From: Calditrichia bacterium
GTDB taxonomy: Bacteria > Calditrichota > Calditrichia > JAJRVZ01
Assembly (NCBI GenBank): GCA_963796965.1
Contig: CAWCNS010000008.1
Span: 64,001 to 128,000, forward strand
Direction of reading: 5' to 3'
DNA: 64,000 bases
The translations under genes and the position numbers were made by a program. Shown piece after piece: positions 19,678 to 29,302 of the stretch (position 1 is the first letter of the stretch; each line of letters starts with the position of its first letter). The notes beneath the pieces are model-generated. The model did no database searches. It saw only the letters and a list, made by a program, of their open reading frames with translations, and was not told where the DNA came from.

Positions 19678-22142
19678 TACTTAGTATTTAGTGCCACATA
19701 TTTATCAAGCCACATTGTCATTTCCCAAAGCATATGCATAATCGATTCACGAGAACGATAGCTATGACTTTCTAAGGGTAACATCACCAACCTCGCCGTT
19801 CCACCATGCCCCTTAACAGCATTATAAAATCGTTCACTTTGCATGGGAAAGGTTCCCGAGTTATTATCTGCTTTGCCATGTATAAGTAAGATCGGTTCGT
19901 TAACCTTATCTGCATGCATGAACGGTGACATTTTAAAATAAACATCGGGCACCTCCCAGAGTGTTCTTTCTTCTGCCTGAAATCCGAATGGCGTTAGGGT
20001 CCTGTTATAAGCGCCGCTTCGGGCAATCCCGGCAGCAAAAATATCAGAATGTGCCAATAAATTTGCCGTCATAAACGCACCATAGGAATGCCCGCCGATG
20101 GCAATATGTTCCTTATCCGCAACACCTCGATTAACCACCTCATCAACTGCCGATTGAGCACTGGCCACCAATTGTTCTACATAAGTGTCATTTGGTTCTA
20201 TATCACCCTCACCTATAATTGGCATTGTTGGATCATCCAGCACAGCATACCCCGATACAAGCCAGAGAAGAGGTGTCCACCAACCAATTCTTACAAAACG
20301 ATACGGAGAATCCGAAACCTGCCCTGCCGCATCAGCACTTTTATATTCCTGTGGGTATGCCCACATTAGCAATGGCAATGGCCCATCGTCTCTTTTATAT
20401 TTAGGTGGTAAATATAAGGTCGCTGTCATGGTGACACCATCATTTCGCTTGTAACGAATTTGCTCCTTTTGGACATCTTTTAGTTGCGGTGTGGGATGCC
20501 GGAATTTGGTAATCTGTGACAATCCATTATTTTTAAGATCCATGATAAAATAATTAGGCGGTTCGCTCACTGATTCCCGTCGCATAATCACAGTAAAATT
20601 ATTTATATCCAAAAAATCGATAGGGCGTTCGTAATACGGAGATTTAGAGCGCCATAGACGAACAATCTCTTTCTTCTCAATATTAAAAGAATCAATAAAG
20701 GGCTGGTCACCATCAGGAGATGCCCCGTCTCCAACCCAATATATCGTGTTATTTTGATCATTCATCAATAATATTGCATGACCATTAGGTAATTCTTTCA
20801 TGAGCGGATTGCCCGGGTCATTGTAGCGATCCTCCCAGGACATATCATGGATTAATGTTGTGTCTGGTATTTCTGATGATGGATTTATCTTCCAGGTTCG
20901 GAAACGGCGATCTTTCCACCACCATTCATTGACGATGGCGAAGTCATTGTTTCCCCATAAAACATTCCAGTAGCGCAATTGCAGGGATACAAATACTTTC
21001 GGTTTTTCTGTAAACGGAGCAGAAAAAGTATAAATATGATCTCGAATGGTTGCTTGTACCTTAGGATCTCCCCCATCCTGGGCTTCGGCCCAATAGAGAG
21101 AAGCTGGCTTGTCAGAACGCCAATCAAAGGCACGAGGCCCTGTCGGCACCGCATTAGATCCAATAGGCACCTCCTCTGCTAAAGGCAAGTCCGCAATTTG
21201 TTTTACAATGTTTCCCTTTAAATCCCATATTTCAACACGATAAGGAAAACGATAGGCAGGAACAAGATAGGAAAATGGCCTATGAACGGTTTCTACCAAT
21301 ATATATTTGCCATCAGGAGAAGGGGATATTCTACGTATAATGTCCGGTCTTCCAATGGGTTCAATAACACCTTTAATGGTTACTTTATATACTTGTGCCT
21401 GAAAATGATGTTCAAAGAGTGCTTCGTCATGGCCTGTTTTAAGTAAATCCTGATAAGTTGGGGCAGGTGCTTTTTTACCGCTTGTTTCCTGAACGACTGG
21501 TCCTGTGGGTGCCGTTTTTTCTTCTGGTACCTTTCCAGGGACTTCGGGTACGACTTTGCACAATAAAGTTCTACTGTCCGGAAGCCATGAAAGAGGAGAG
21601 CCATAAACGCTTGATATTTTATTCTTAATCACCATTTTTGCAGACTTTTTCGACACATCAATAATCCATAAATCTTGTCCATTTTTTTTTGAATTTAAAA
21701 AGGCAAGATGATTTCCATCGGGCGCCCAATTTATATTTCGAATTTTTGCGTTTTTTGGTATTCCATCAATTGAAAATTCCTTCCCCGTATTAATGTTCTG
21801 CAATTTAAGACCAGTCATGTACCTGCTGCGACTTTTGCCATGGTTCTGTGGATTCACTCTAATCCCGGCTAAACGAAGTTCCGGCTGTGCCATCTCATCG
21901 ATGGAAATTAAATTTGTATATTCCTGCAACAACATCCATCTGTGAGTTGGATCGATCCGTACATAAGGTATTGGCGGTGTTTCAATGAGATCAGCGATAG
22001 CCTTTGGCGGCATTTGATATTCTGTAATGTTTGAGGTTTGCCCTGTCAGGTCAATCACTATAATAACCGATAACAACAGGATTAAATGCCGTTTAATTGT
22101 AAGAACATCAATGCACTTTTTGATGTTTGAATTGAATTTCAT
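19677..22142 (-). CDS. S9 prolyl oligopeptidase-family serine peptidase (glutamyl endopeptidase-like)
   Basis: GGHSYGAFM nucleophile elbow, ARSGAYNRTLTPFGFQ, HGKADNN, LPLESH; N-terminal beta-propeller region. Confidence 0.9.
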   Translation of the reverse strand: MKFNSNIKKCIDVLTIKRHLILLLSVIIVIDLTGQTSNITEYQMPPKAIADLIETPPIPYVRIDPTHRWMLLQEYTNLISIDEMAQPELRLAGIRVNPQNHGKSRSRYMTGLKLQNINTGKEFSIDGIPKNAKIRNINWAPDGNHLAFLNSKKNGQDLWIIDVSKKSAKMVIKNKISSVYGSPLSWLPDSRTLLCKVVPEVPGKVPEEKTAPTGPVVQETSGKKAPAPTYQDLLKTGHDEALFEHHFQAQVYKVTIKGVIEPIGRPDIIRRISPSPDGKYILVETVHRPFSYLVPAYRFPYRVEIWDLKGNIVKQIADLPLAEEVPIGSNAVPTGPRAFDWRSDKPASLYWAEAQDGGDPKVQATIRDHIYTFSAPFTEKPKVFVSLQLRYWNVLWGNNDFAIVNEWWWKDRRFRTWKINPSSEIPDTTLIHDMSWEDRYNDPGNPLMKELPNGHAILLMNDQNNTIYWVGDGASPDGDQPFIDSFNIEKKEIVRLWRSKSPYYERPIDFLDINNFTVIMRRESVSEPPNYFIMDLKNNGLSQITKFRHPTPQLKDVQKEQIRYKRNDGVTMTATLYLPPKYKRDDGPLPLLMWAYPQEYKSADAAGQVSDSPYRFVRIGWWTPLLWLVSGYAVLDDPTMPIIGEGDIEPNDTYVEQLVASAQSAVDEVVNRGVADKEHIAIGGHSYGAFMTANLLAHSDIFAAGIARSGAYNRTLTPFGFQAEERTLWEVPDVYFKMSPFMHADKVNEPILLIHGKADNNSGTFPMQSERFYNAVKGHGGTARLVMLPLESHSYRSRESIMHMLWEMTMWLDKYVALNTK

Positions 22143-22312
22143 GCTATAATCTCCTATTTAGAGATCAATGAATTTTTCAAACAGATTTCTAGTACAAATA
22201 TAGAATTTAAAATATTTGAGAATCCGACTTATATATGAAGATAAATATTTTATAAGAAAAAGATAATAGATTTATCACAAAGTTCATAAAGAAATAAGAA
22301 AGTCTCTGAGTG

Positions 22313-22372
22313 ACCACCCCCTTATTCCCCTCCTTACAAAGGAGGGGAATAAGGGGGTGGTAATTGTATTCT
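22313..22372. repeat. 60-bp palindromic element, copy 2 (perfect 23-bp arms)
   Basis: accacccccttattcccctcctt-aca-aaggaggggaataagggggtggt followed by the tail aattgtattct. Confidence 0.9.
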
Positions 22373-22433
22373 TTTTCCTTTTGTAAAGGTAAAAAACTAG
22401 ATAAATTGGGTGGCATCACCTGAATTTGTCATT

Positions 22434-24836
22434 TTAGTGTTTCTGCCTTTTTCTGAATAATAAATGCCATGCCAGAAATGGTGTCATCATAGCAGCGCCT
22501 ATTTGCTTTCCCGGATCGCCTATAAATTGCATACCAATATTATACTCAAAAGGATTATCGTTTATCAGATAGGTCCATGTTGCCGATGGTGCTTTTATTC
22601 CTAATTTCTTCAAATCCACGCCATTATTATCAATGTGAATCATATTAAATTTTCGCATTAATTGACTATCTAACTTTTTCATGAGTTGATCAAAAATTTT
22701 AATGGCCAGTTTTTGAAATTCGATATAGGGATCTTGCCCCCCAACACGCTTTAAATGAATGCTTTCGCGAATTTCAGCTATGTCGGCCAGATAGTGCTGC
22801 CAATAAGTATCTATTAGATAGAACGAAATTAACTGACAAATACGATTCAAGTCTTTGTCACCAATTAACGAATTAAATTTATTAAATTTTTCCGGTGATT
22901 CCTGTTTAAAAAAATCTGAATCTGAATTATTGTATAATATACTTTTTCGTCTGTTAAAAAGAATCGTACGTTGCTTTTCTATTAGAGAAGCGTATTTATT
23001 GAGTGTTATTTTTATATCAAGGTTTTGACCTTCACAAATACGTTGAATTCGGGCTACTTCTTTTCTAATAACCGGGCTGTCGATTTTACCATTTTGAACC
23101 ATGGGCAACGTATTTGCAGGAAGTAGTTCGATTAACCGATATTTAATAAACAATTCGTCTTCCAGACTAATGATAAGGCGTGATGCTCCCGGATCTCCCT
23201 GCCGGCCGGCCCGTCCACAGAGTTGGTGATCTATTCGTTGGCTTTCATGTTTGTTTGTACCAAGCACATATAGACCACCCAAATCCATAACGTGTTGTTT
23301 TTCTTTTTCGTTAGAGCCACCCAAACGGATATCTGTTCCCCGCCCTGCCATATTAGTAGATATGGTGATAGCGCCTAATTTACCTGCCTGAGCGATAATT
23401 TGGGCTTCATATTCATCACGTTTTGCATTAAGTACTTCACATTTTATATGATGGGATTGTAATGCTTTTGCAAATAAATCCGATTCTTCCACACTTCGTG
23501 TACCTACAAGTATGGGACGCATGGTTTTATGAATCCTGACGATTTCATCAATGATATATTTCTCTTTATGTGCTTTTGTTCCGAAAATGATATCCTGATG
23601 ATCTATCCGAATGCAGGGTTTGTTGGACGGGATTACCACAATATGAAGATCATAAAATGAGCGTAACTCTTCTTCAGCAGGCTGTGCCGTGGCGGTCATG
23701 CCACAAATCTTTGGGTAAAGTTGTACAAAATTTTGCAGCGTTATCGCGTTTAGGATATTTCCCCTGGATTGAATATCAATATTTTCTTTTGCCTCGATGG
23801 CAGCCTGTAAACCATCGGGCCAACGTCTCTTATCGGCAACACGGCCAGTAAAATCATCAACCAGTTCAATTTTACCCTTACGAATGATATAATCAACATC
23901 TTTATGTAACAGGTATTCTGCGTGGAGAGCACAATTTAAGCGTAGGAGTAAATCATAACTATCCTGAGCATAGAGATTATCACATTTTAATAGTCTTTCA
24001 ACATGATCCTGGCCGATATCCGTCAGATGGATATTCCTGGCAAATTCATCAAATTCAAAATCAATACTTTTTTCCAGTTTCCGCACTATGTCTGCCATAT
24101 AATAGGTATCTGCCAGGTAATCATCTGATGCACCGGCAATAACAAGTGGGATGCGTGCTTCATCAATTAAAATAGAATCCGCCTCGTCAATGATAGCGAA
24201 ATGGAATAATCTATGAACGCGTTCATCTTTCTCATAACAAAGACTATCACGGAGAAAGTCAAAACCCGCTTCTTTCGCAGTTAAATACGTAATATCTGCG
24301 GCATAAGCATCCTGGCGTTCTTTAATGCTCATTCCTTCCTGAACATAACCTACCTTTAGACCTAAATATTGATATATGGGCCCCATCCATTGCGCATCGC
24401 GGCGCGCCAGATAATCATTAAAGGTAAGAACATGAACCCCTTTCCCGGTGAGTGCAGAAAGATAGGCCGGAAATACGGCAGTCAGGGTTTTACCTTCTCC
24501 GGTTTGCATTTCGATAAGTTTGCCTTGCTGCAGCGCTAAAGCACCAAGCAATTGCACATCATAGGGATGTAATTTCAACACCCGCCACACCACCTCAAGA
24601 ACAAGAGCAAAAGCCTCAATGACCTGAGAATCTGTAAAACCTTCATTTTTTACTTTTGATTTTAAATTTTCGGATATCTGCTGAAGCTGATGATCTGTCT
24701 TATTTTCTAATGTTCGCTTGAGGTTTTTGATTTGATCTAAGATGGTATAATAATTTGAAAGATCATAGACGATGGTGGAGCCATTAATACGCTGATATAT
24801 ATGTTTGACTTTTGTTTTTAATGTTTTTAGTGTCAT
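22434..24836 (-). CDS. secA2: Short SecA-family translocase ATPase (accessory SecA2-like)
   Basis: EMQTGEGKT, NDYLARRDA, IDEADSILIDEARIPL, STNMAGRGTDI, GRAGRQGDPG; 800 aa with no C-terminal SEC-C Cys motif. Confidence 0.85.
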   Translation of the reverse strand: MTLKTLKTKVKHIYQRINGSTIVYDLSNYYTILDQIKNLKRTLENKTDHQLQQISENLKSKVKNEGFTDSQVIEAFALVLEVVWRVLKLHPYDVQLLGALALQQGKLIEMQTGEGKTLTAVFPAYLSALTGKGVHVLTFNDYLARRDAQWMGPIYQYLGLKVGYVQEGMSIKERQDAYAADITYLTAKEAGFDFLRDSLCYEKDERVHRLFHFAIIDEADSILIDEARIPLVIAGASDDYLADTYYMADIVRKLEKSIDFEFDEFARNIHLTDIGQDHVERLLKCDNLYAQDSYDLLLRLNCALHAEYLLHKDVDYIIRKGKIELVDDFTGRVADKRRWPDGLQAAIEAKENIDIQSRGNILNAITLQNFVQLYPKICGMTATAQPAEEELRSFYDLHIVVIPSNKPCIRIDHQDIIFGTKAHKEKYIIDEIVRIHKTMRPILVGTRSVEESDLFAKALQSHHIKCEVLNAKRDEYEAQIIAQAGKLGAITISTNMAGRGTDIRLGGSNEKEKQHVMDLGGLYVLGTNKHESQRIDHQLCGRAGRQGDPGASRLIISLEDELFIKYRLIELLPANTLPMVQNGKIDSPVIRKEVARIQRICEGQNLDIKITLNKYASLIEKQRTILFNRRKSILYNNSDSDFFKQESPEKFNKFNSLIGDKDLNRICQLISFYLIDTYWQHYLADIAEIRESIHLKRVGGQDPYIEFQKLAIKIFDQLMKKLDSQLMRKFNMIHIDNNGVDLKKLGIKAPSATWTYLINDNPFEYNIGMQFIGDPGKQIGAAMMTPFLAWHLLFRKRQKH

Positions 24837-25077
24837 GGCATTGCCCTCTTTGATGATTAGCTCATTAATATTTGGCTATTCATTGGTCAAATAATCCTAC
24901 CCGGATATATTTGCAAAGGATTATTTTTTCTGATGAACGCAGGTATATACGGGCGAGGCATACCCGAACAAAATTTCGAATAGTCCTAAAATATTTACTC
25001 GGAATGCTTCGCCCCAACGATCCAAACTTACAAATTAAGAATTTTACAACTTTATAAGTTTGATTGAATCAAATACC

Positions 25078-25512
25078 TTAGCAACAAACATAGGGCACAG
25101 GATTATCATCAGAGGATTTATGACAAATATTTTTCTTTTGAAGGATTTTTATGATTTTTGTTTTTGGAAAATAGATCGGAGATAAATTAAAAGAGTAATC
25201 TAAAAAATCATAAATGGTAAAATTAAGAGTTGACTGATTTGGAGTATAATTTACACCATTAATTGGAGTAATAATGTTCTGGTAGGTATTAAGGGAAGAA
25301 AATTTATAGAATAACAAGTCCGGATTATCGTTGGGATCGACAACAAATTCTGGGTAGGTTTTCTCTGAATAATTCGAATAATCAACACACCTGTTTGTTT
25401 CACTTTCCTGTTTTATTAAATGGATAAAAGTAACAAGAAGAAAGAAAATTGTCAGGATATAATTTATCTGTTGTTTGTTCTGCAATATCATTTTTGTCAT
25501 TACCCGCCTCAT
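25078..25512 (-). CDS. Hypothetical protein with N-terminal TM segment
   Basis: 144-aa ORF with a hydrophobic N-terminal stretch; no recognisable family. Confidence 0.45.
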   Translation of the reverse strand: MRRVMTKMILQNKQQINYILTIFFLLVTFIHLIKQESETNRCVDYSNYSEKTYPEFVVDPNDNPDLLFYKFSSLNTYQNIITPINGVNYTPNQSTLNFTIYDFLDYSFNLSPIYFPKTKIIKILQKKNICHKSSDDNPVPYVCC

Positions 25513-25602
25513 TCAAGACTAAAATAATAACTTGTTCACCTAGACACAACTTTTAAAATAAATGAACTATCCAACCGCGAATAAAGAAATGCTCTAAAAC
25601 TG

Positions 25603-25644
25603 AATATCCACGAGGCAGAGCCTCGAGGAACTCTTCAGATTAAA
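25603..25644. repeat. Short REP-like hairpin
   Basis: cgaggc-aga-gcctcg (25611-25625) within atccacgaggcagagcctcgaggaactcttcagattaaa; only one copy in the window. Confidence 0.4.
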
Positions 25645-25716
25645 TAAAGTACTTGTTAGTTCTCAGAATTTATAATCTTAAAAGATAATGAGTTTTCCAC
25701 GAATTAAATTTTTATA

Positions 25717-26517
25717 TCATTCGTTTAAACTTGAATTAAAATTGTATAGAATCTCATTTAAATCAATTCTGTATACGTCAACAAATAGTTTTTTATAGGT
25801 CTCGGGGTTCGTGATATATTTTTTTAAATAACGTTGTAATTTTTTAATTCCATATGTATCAATAAGAAATTCAATAAAATATCTATAATAACTATAGTTT
25901 AACTTCAATTCTGGAAGTGACATATTTAAGGGATTTTTTTCATGAAGGTCCTTAACAGAGAGGTTATTCCTTTTTATTATTTTGATGAGTTCATTTTTGC
26001 TGTAAAAACTACGTCCACTGAAATATTCAGCTATTCCTTCTGCCAACCAGCCCTGTTCGTGGATCATCATCGCCTTTTTAAAGGAGGTGTTTTGATCAAT
26101 GAGTAAATGTGATAATTCATGTTTCAAATAGGGGGCTATACCTGAGGGCGATTTTCGTGCTGTGGGTCCGATATAGATCAAATTGGCCGGGCTTAGTGAT
26201 ACGGAATAGCCGGATCCTTTCAGCCAGGGCAGGTATCGTCTCATATTACTGTCTTTGTTTAAGATGATAATCTTGAAATTATCAACATATTTTAAATCAT
26301 GAAATTTTTCTTCCTCTTGTATAACCTCATTAATCCGATAAACCATCGAATCTTTTTCTGTCATATCCGTGATATAGATGGTCGCTTTTGATGAAATTAT
26401 TTTTTTATAACCTATTTTTATAGGATTCCAGGGAAATAGCGGACCCCAAAACAAGTAAAACAGGATGGACATTAATGCCAATATGAGGAGATATCTTTTT
26501 TTTAATTTGATTCTCAT
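25717..26517 (-). CDS. Putative clan MA (gluzincin-like) metallopeptidase
   Basis: HELSH (HExxH) followed by WLAEGIAEY; N-terminal TM helix. Confidence 0.7.
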   Translation of the reverse strand: MRIKLKKRYLLILALMSILFYLFWGPLFPWNPIKIGYKKIISSKATIYITDMTEKDSMVYRINEVIQEEEKFHDLKYVDNFKIIILNKDSNMRRYLPWLKGSGYSVSLSPANLIYIGPTARKSPSGIAPYLKHELSHLLIDQNTSFKKAMMIHEQGWLAEGIAEYFSGRSFYSKNELIKIIKRNNLSVKDLHEKNPLNMSLPELKLNYSYYRYFIEFLIDTYGIKKLQRYLKKYITNPETYKKLFVDVYRIDLNEILYNFNSSLNE

Positions 26518-26562
26518 TGAATTAAAATCAGGTTTTATATGAATTGATTTAGAATTAGGTTA

Positions 26563-26946
26563 CTAATACATGGCATTTCCATTTTCAGACTTGTCAGGTA
26601 TTTGCTGCATGGAATCCCAATGCTCTACTATTTTCCCGTTTTCATCAAATCGAAAGAAATCCATGGTGACGTATTCATCATCTCCCGGCCAGGTTTGATG
26701 GGTATGAAGGGCGACAAGATCACCTTCAGCAACGGAGCGGACAAATTCAATACTCTTTTCCGGATATTCTTTTGCCATTTTTTCAAAATAAGTGATAAAG
26801 GGCTCTTTTCCATCTCCCACAAGGGGGTTATGCTGAATATATTTATCTCCCACATATTGTTCAACAGCTCTGCGTGGATTTCCTTCATAGGCCATTAGAT
26901 AAAAGGCAATGGCATTTTGCTTATTCATTTCTAAATTTTGTTTCAT
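26563..26946 (-). CDS. SnoaL-like / NTF2-fold protein
   Basis: YIQHNP, AEGDLVALH, DFFRFDENGKIVEHWD. Confidence 0.85.
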   Translation of the reverse strand: MKQNLEMNKQNAIAFYLMAYEGNPRRAVEQYVGDKYIQHNPLVGDGKEPFITYFEKMAKEYPEKSIEFVRSVAEGDLVALHTHQTWPGDDEYVTMDFFRFDENGKIVEHWDSMQQIPDKSENGNAMY

Positions 26947-27347
26947 TTCTTCACCTCATTTTTCTAGAATAAAGGATAAAAACAACCGCTTTAGAAACCT
27001 CTTTAAAATCGTGTCACCACCTGACCGAATGATTCAATTCACCTGTCCCTGCGTTGTTCGCGGTTTAAATAGGGTGGACTCCCCAGCTTGAGATCACCGT
27101 TTGTGGCCCCAAGATTTTAAATTCCTCATCGCAAAATTGCATTAAGAAATCTTCTTCAACACTCTTTTTGTGATTCTCTGTGGCCGGGCTATAAATTCAT
27201 TTAATATTGACCCTATAATAACAATTATTTATTGTTTTGGAAAGAGCAAAAATGTATGAAATATTGGAGGAGCAAGGATTACAGTTTTCCGGATGTGTCT
27301 CAAGAAAATGTTTCGTAGATGAGGAAGGATAAAATCACGCCATGCCT

Positions 27348-27389
27348 ATCGCAAATCTCAAATCACATATCCCACATCCCACATCCCCT
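27348..27389. repeat. Heptamer tandem repeat (ATCnCnn x6)
   Basis: atcgcaa atctcaa atcacat atcccac atcccac atcccct; same family as 17191-17418. Confidence 0.75.
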
Positions 27390-27422
27390 TGAATTCACCT
27401 GCTCATTCACGTAAACTTACCC

Positions 27423-27719
27423 ATGAACTTCGAAGAAAAACATCCTGCTGAGATCCAGTTCCGGAAAATGATTGTGGACGTCAATGACTTTCTGAATAAA
27501 TATGAAAATAAATTTTTAGATGGTGATGAAAAGGAAGCCTTGAAAAGAGCGCTTGATGAGATGAGACAGAAAATAGATGCGATCCAGGAAAAGCGCTATT
27601 TTCAGTATGGGGGTGAGGATGGGATTCCGGTCAATATGCCGGAGGAAGAAAGGGATTTGCAGATGGAATTGACTGATCTGCAACGGAAAATATTAAAATG
27701 TTTGAGTGGGTTGGATTGA
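27423..27719 (+). CDS. Hypothetical helical protein; the only credible plus-strand gene
   Basis: 98-aa charged, helix-like ORF in a gap with no competing minus-strand ORF. Confidence 0.65.
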   Translation: MNFEEKHPAEIQFRKMIVDVNDFLNKYENKFLDGDEKEALKRALDEMRQKIDAIQEKRYFQYGGEDGIPVNMPEEERDLQMELTDLQRKILKCLSGLD

Positions 27720-27740
27720 GATCATTGTTGGAGAAATGAT

Positions 27741-27921
27741 AAACACAAAGTTCACTAAGTATTCGCAAAGTTCATAAAGTTCATAAAGATTAATATTAAA
27801 TTCACTACTAGGATTCAAGCAACAATAATGCTGTTTATATTTTGTATTTTGTATTAACTATTTTTTATTATTTTTTGCTCCGCGCCTCTGCGAGCGAAAA
27901 AAAATGATTACAAAGAGCACT
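27741..27921. repeat. 9-mer periodic repeat cluster (CACAAAG family)
   Basis: acacaaagttcactaagtattcgcaaagttcataaagttcataaag ... ctccgcgcctctgcgagc ... acaaagagcact. Confidence 0.6.
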
Positions 27922-28276
27922 AGGAGATCAATACAAGCATCAATCCGATAGCAGCGGGAACCGCCTGAATATAGAGTATCTTTTTATTGGCGGTCGCAGC
28001 CCCAAAGATACCAGCAATAATGATACAGATTAGAAAAAAGATCTTGATTTCGATACCACCCGCACCACGTAAAAGTCCCCAGAGTAAACCAGCAGCCAGA
28101 AATCCATTATAAAGACCCTGGTTGGCAGCAAGGACTTTTGACTTTGTGGCCGCTTCCTTTGTTTGACCAAAAGCTTTTAACCCCATAGGTTTATCCCAGA
28201 GGAACATTTCCAAAATCAAAATATATATATGTAGGAGTGCTACTATTAAAATCACCAAATCAGCTGCTATAGACAT
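27920..28276 (-). CDS. DUF1304 family membrane protein
   Basis: HIYILILEMFLW, LAANQGLYNGFLAAGL, ILYIQAVP. Confidence 0.85.
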   Translation of the reverse strand: MSIAADLVILIVALLHIYILILEMFLWDKPMGLKAFGQTKEAATKSKVLAANQGLYNGFLAAGLLWGLLRGAGGIEIKIFFLICIIIAGIFGAATANKKILYIQAVPAAIGLMLVLIS

Positions 28277-29058
28277 TGAATCACCTTTCCTGCTGGCAAT
28301 ACGGCCACAGTTTCTATGGATGTCAGTTCTTTTAATAATTTATCCAAAACGTCAGAATTCAACGGTCCCCAACCTTCCTCATCCAGACCATGGGTATTAT
28401 AGATCAGCCAGCCAGATGGTTTTGATAATAATTCATCTATTTTTGATCTTAAATCCTGATCAATATTTCCGGGTCCAAAACTGCCCGTGGTAAGTTTTAC
28501 CGTCTCTTTATGTGGCAGCGGATTTATCATTTTGCCATAGGTTCTGAACGCCCTTACCTTGGTGATAAGCCATTCCTCAAGTTCAGGTGATGATGCATTA
28601 AAAGGAAAATTAAATATGGCCTTTTGTGCATCAAAGCCCTTTAATTCTCGGTTAAATATATCCAGACAACGTAAGATCAGATCTTTTGCTTCTTTCAAGG
28701 GCATTTTACGGAGATGGGCATGCCTGTAACCATGGGGCATAATTTCATGTCCCCTATCCAGTAATTCATTCCATAAATCAAAATCCCCCACAGGCCATTT
28801 ATGGTATTCATTGGGCAGTTCAAAATTTTTTGAATAAGCAGCGGCGATGACATTGATACAGGCTGATAAGCCGTATTTTTCATAAATCTCAGCCGTTTTT
28901 ATACTTGATTTTTTAAATCCATCATCAAAACTTAACGTTACAATATGTGTCTTTTCCTGCTTGTGGGATCCACAACTTGCTAAACTTAAGGGTAAAGATA
29001 ATGAAGCACATCCCAATCCTATTCTGTTAACAAAATGTCTTCTTTTCATTTTTGGCAT
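28267..29058 (-). CDS. Polysaccharide deacetylase (CE4/NodB-like), Tat-exported
   Basis: KRRHF twin-arginine leader; LSFDDG, HEIMPHGYRH, FNFPFN. The 5' extension of the ORF track derives from a repeat. Confidence 0.8.
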   Translation of the reverse strand: MPKMKRRHFVNRIGLGCASLSLPLSLASCGSHKQEKTHIVTLSFDDGFKKSSIKTAEIYEKYGLSACINVIAAAYSKNFELPNEYHKWPVGDFDLWNELLDRGHEIMPHGYRHAHLRKMPLKEAKDLILRCLDIFNRELKGFDAQKAIFNFPFNASSPELEEWLITKVRAFRTYGKMINPLPHKETVKLTTGSFGPGNIDQDLRSKIDELLSKPSGWLIYNTHGLDEEGWGPLNSDVLDKLLKELTSIETVAVLPAGKVIQCL

Positions 29059-29105
29059 ATCTGGGTAAAATCCTTTCCCACCTTCTTCATTTCTAGAAAA
29101 AAGAT

Positions 29106-29288
29106 AACCACAAAGAGCACAAAGAATGCACAAAGGTCACAAAGATCACTGTTCACGAATTACACGAATTACACGAATTATCATTAATTACTAGTATAAA
29201 ACTATGTTAAATAATAAAAAAAAACTCTGCGAACTCTGCGACTTTGCGTCTCTGCGAGGGAAAAAGACAAACACAAAGGACACAAAGA
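29106..29288. repeat. Cluster of three 9-mer periodic repeat families
   Basis: CACAAAG x4, (cacgaatta) x3, ctctgcgaactctgcgactttgcgtctctgcg, cacaaaggacacaaag. Confidence 0.8.
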
Positions 29289-29302
29289 TTCATATAATAA
29301 TT

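Noticed and set aside
22207..22419. 70-aa ORF across the palindrome
   Set aside because: Repeat-derived (HPLIPLLCKEGNKG) and low complexity.
25540..25585. Possible further attC remnant (minus strand TAGTTCATTTAT..GTTGTGT)
   Set aside because: Only one half is present and no pairing arm was found.
29106..29288. Possible CRISPR array in the periodic repeats here and elsewhere
   Set aside because: Units are 7-9 nt and adjacent, with no unique 25-45 nt spacers, and no cas genes are present.
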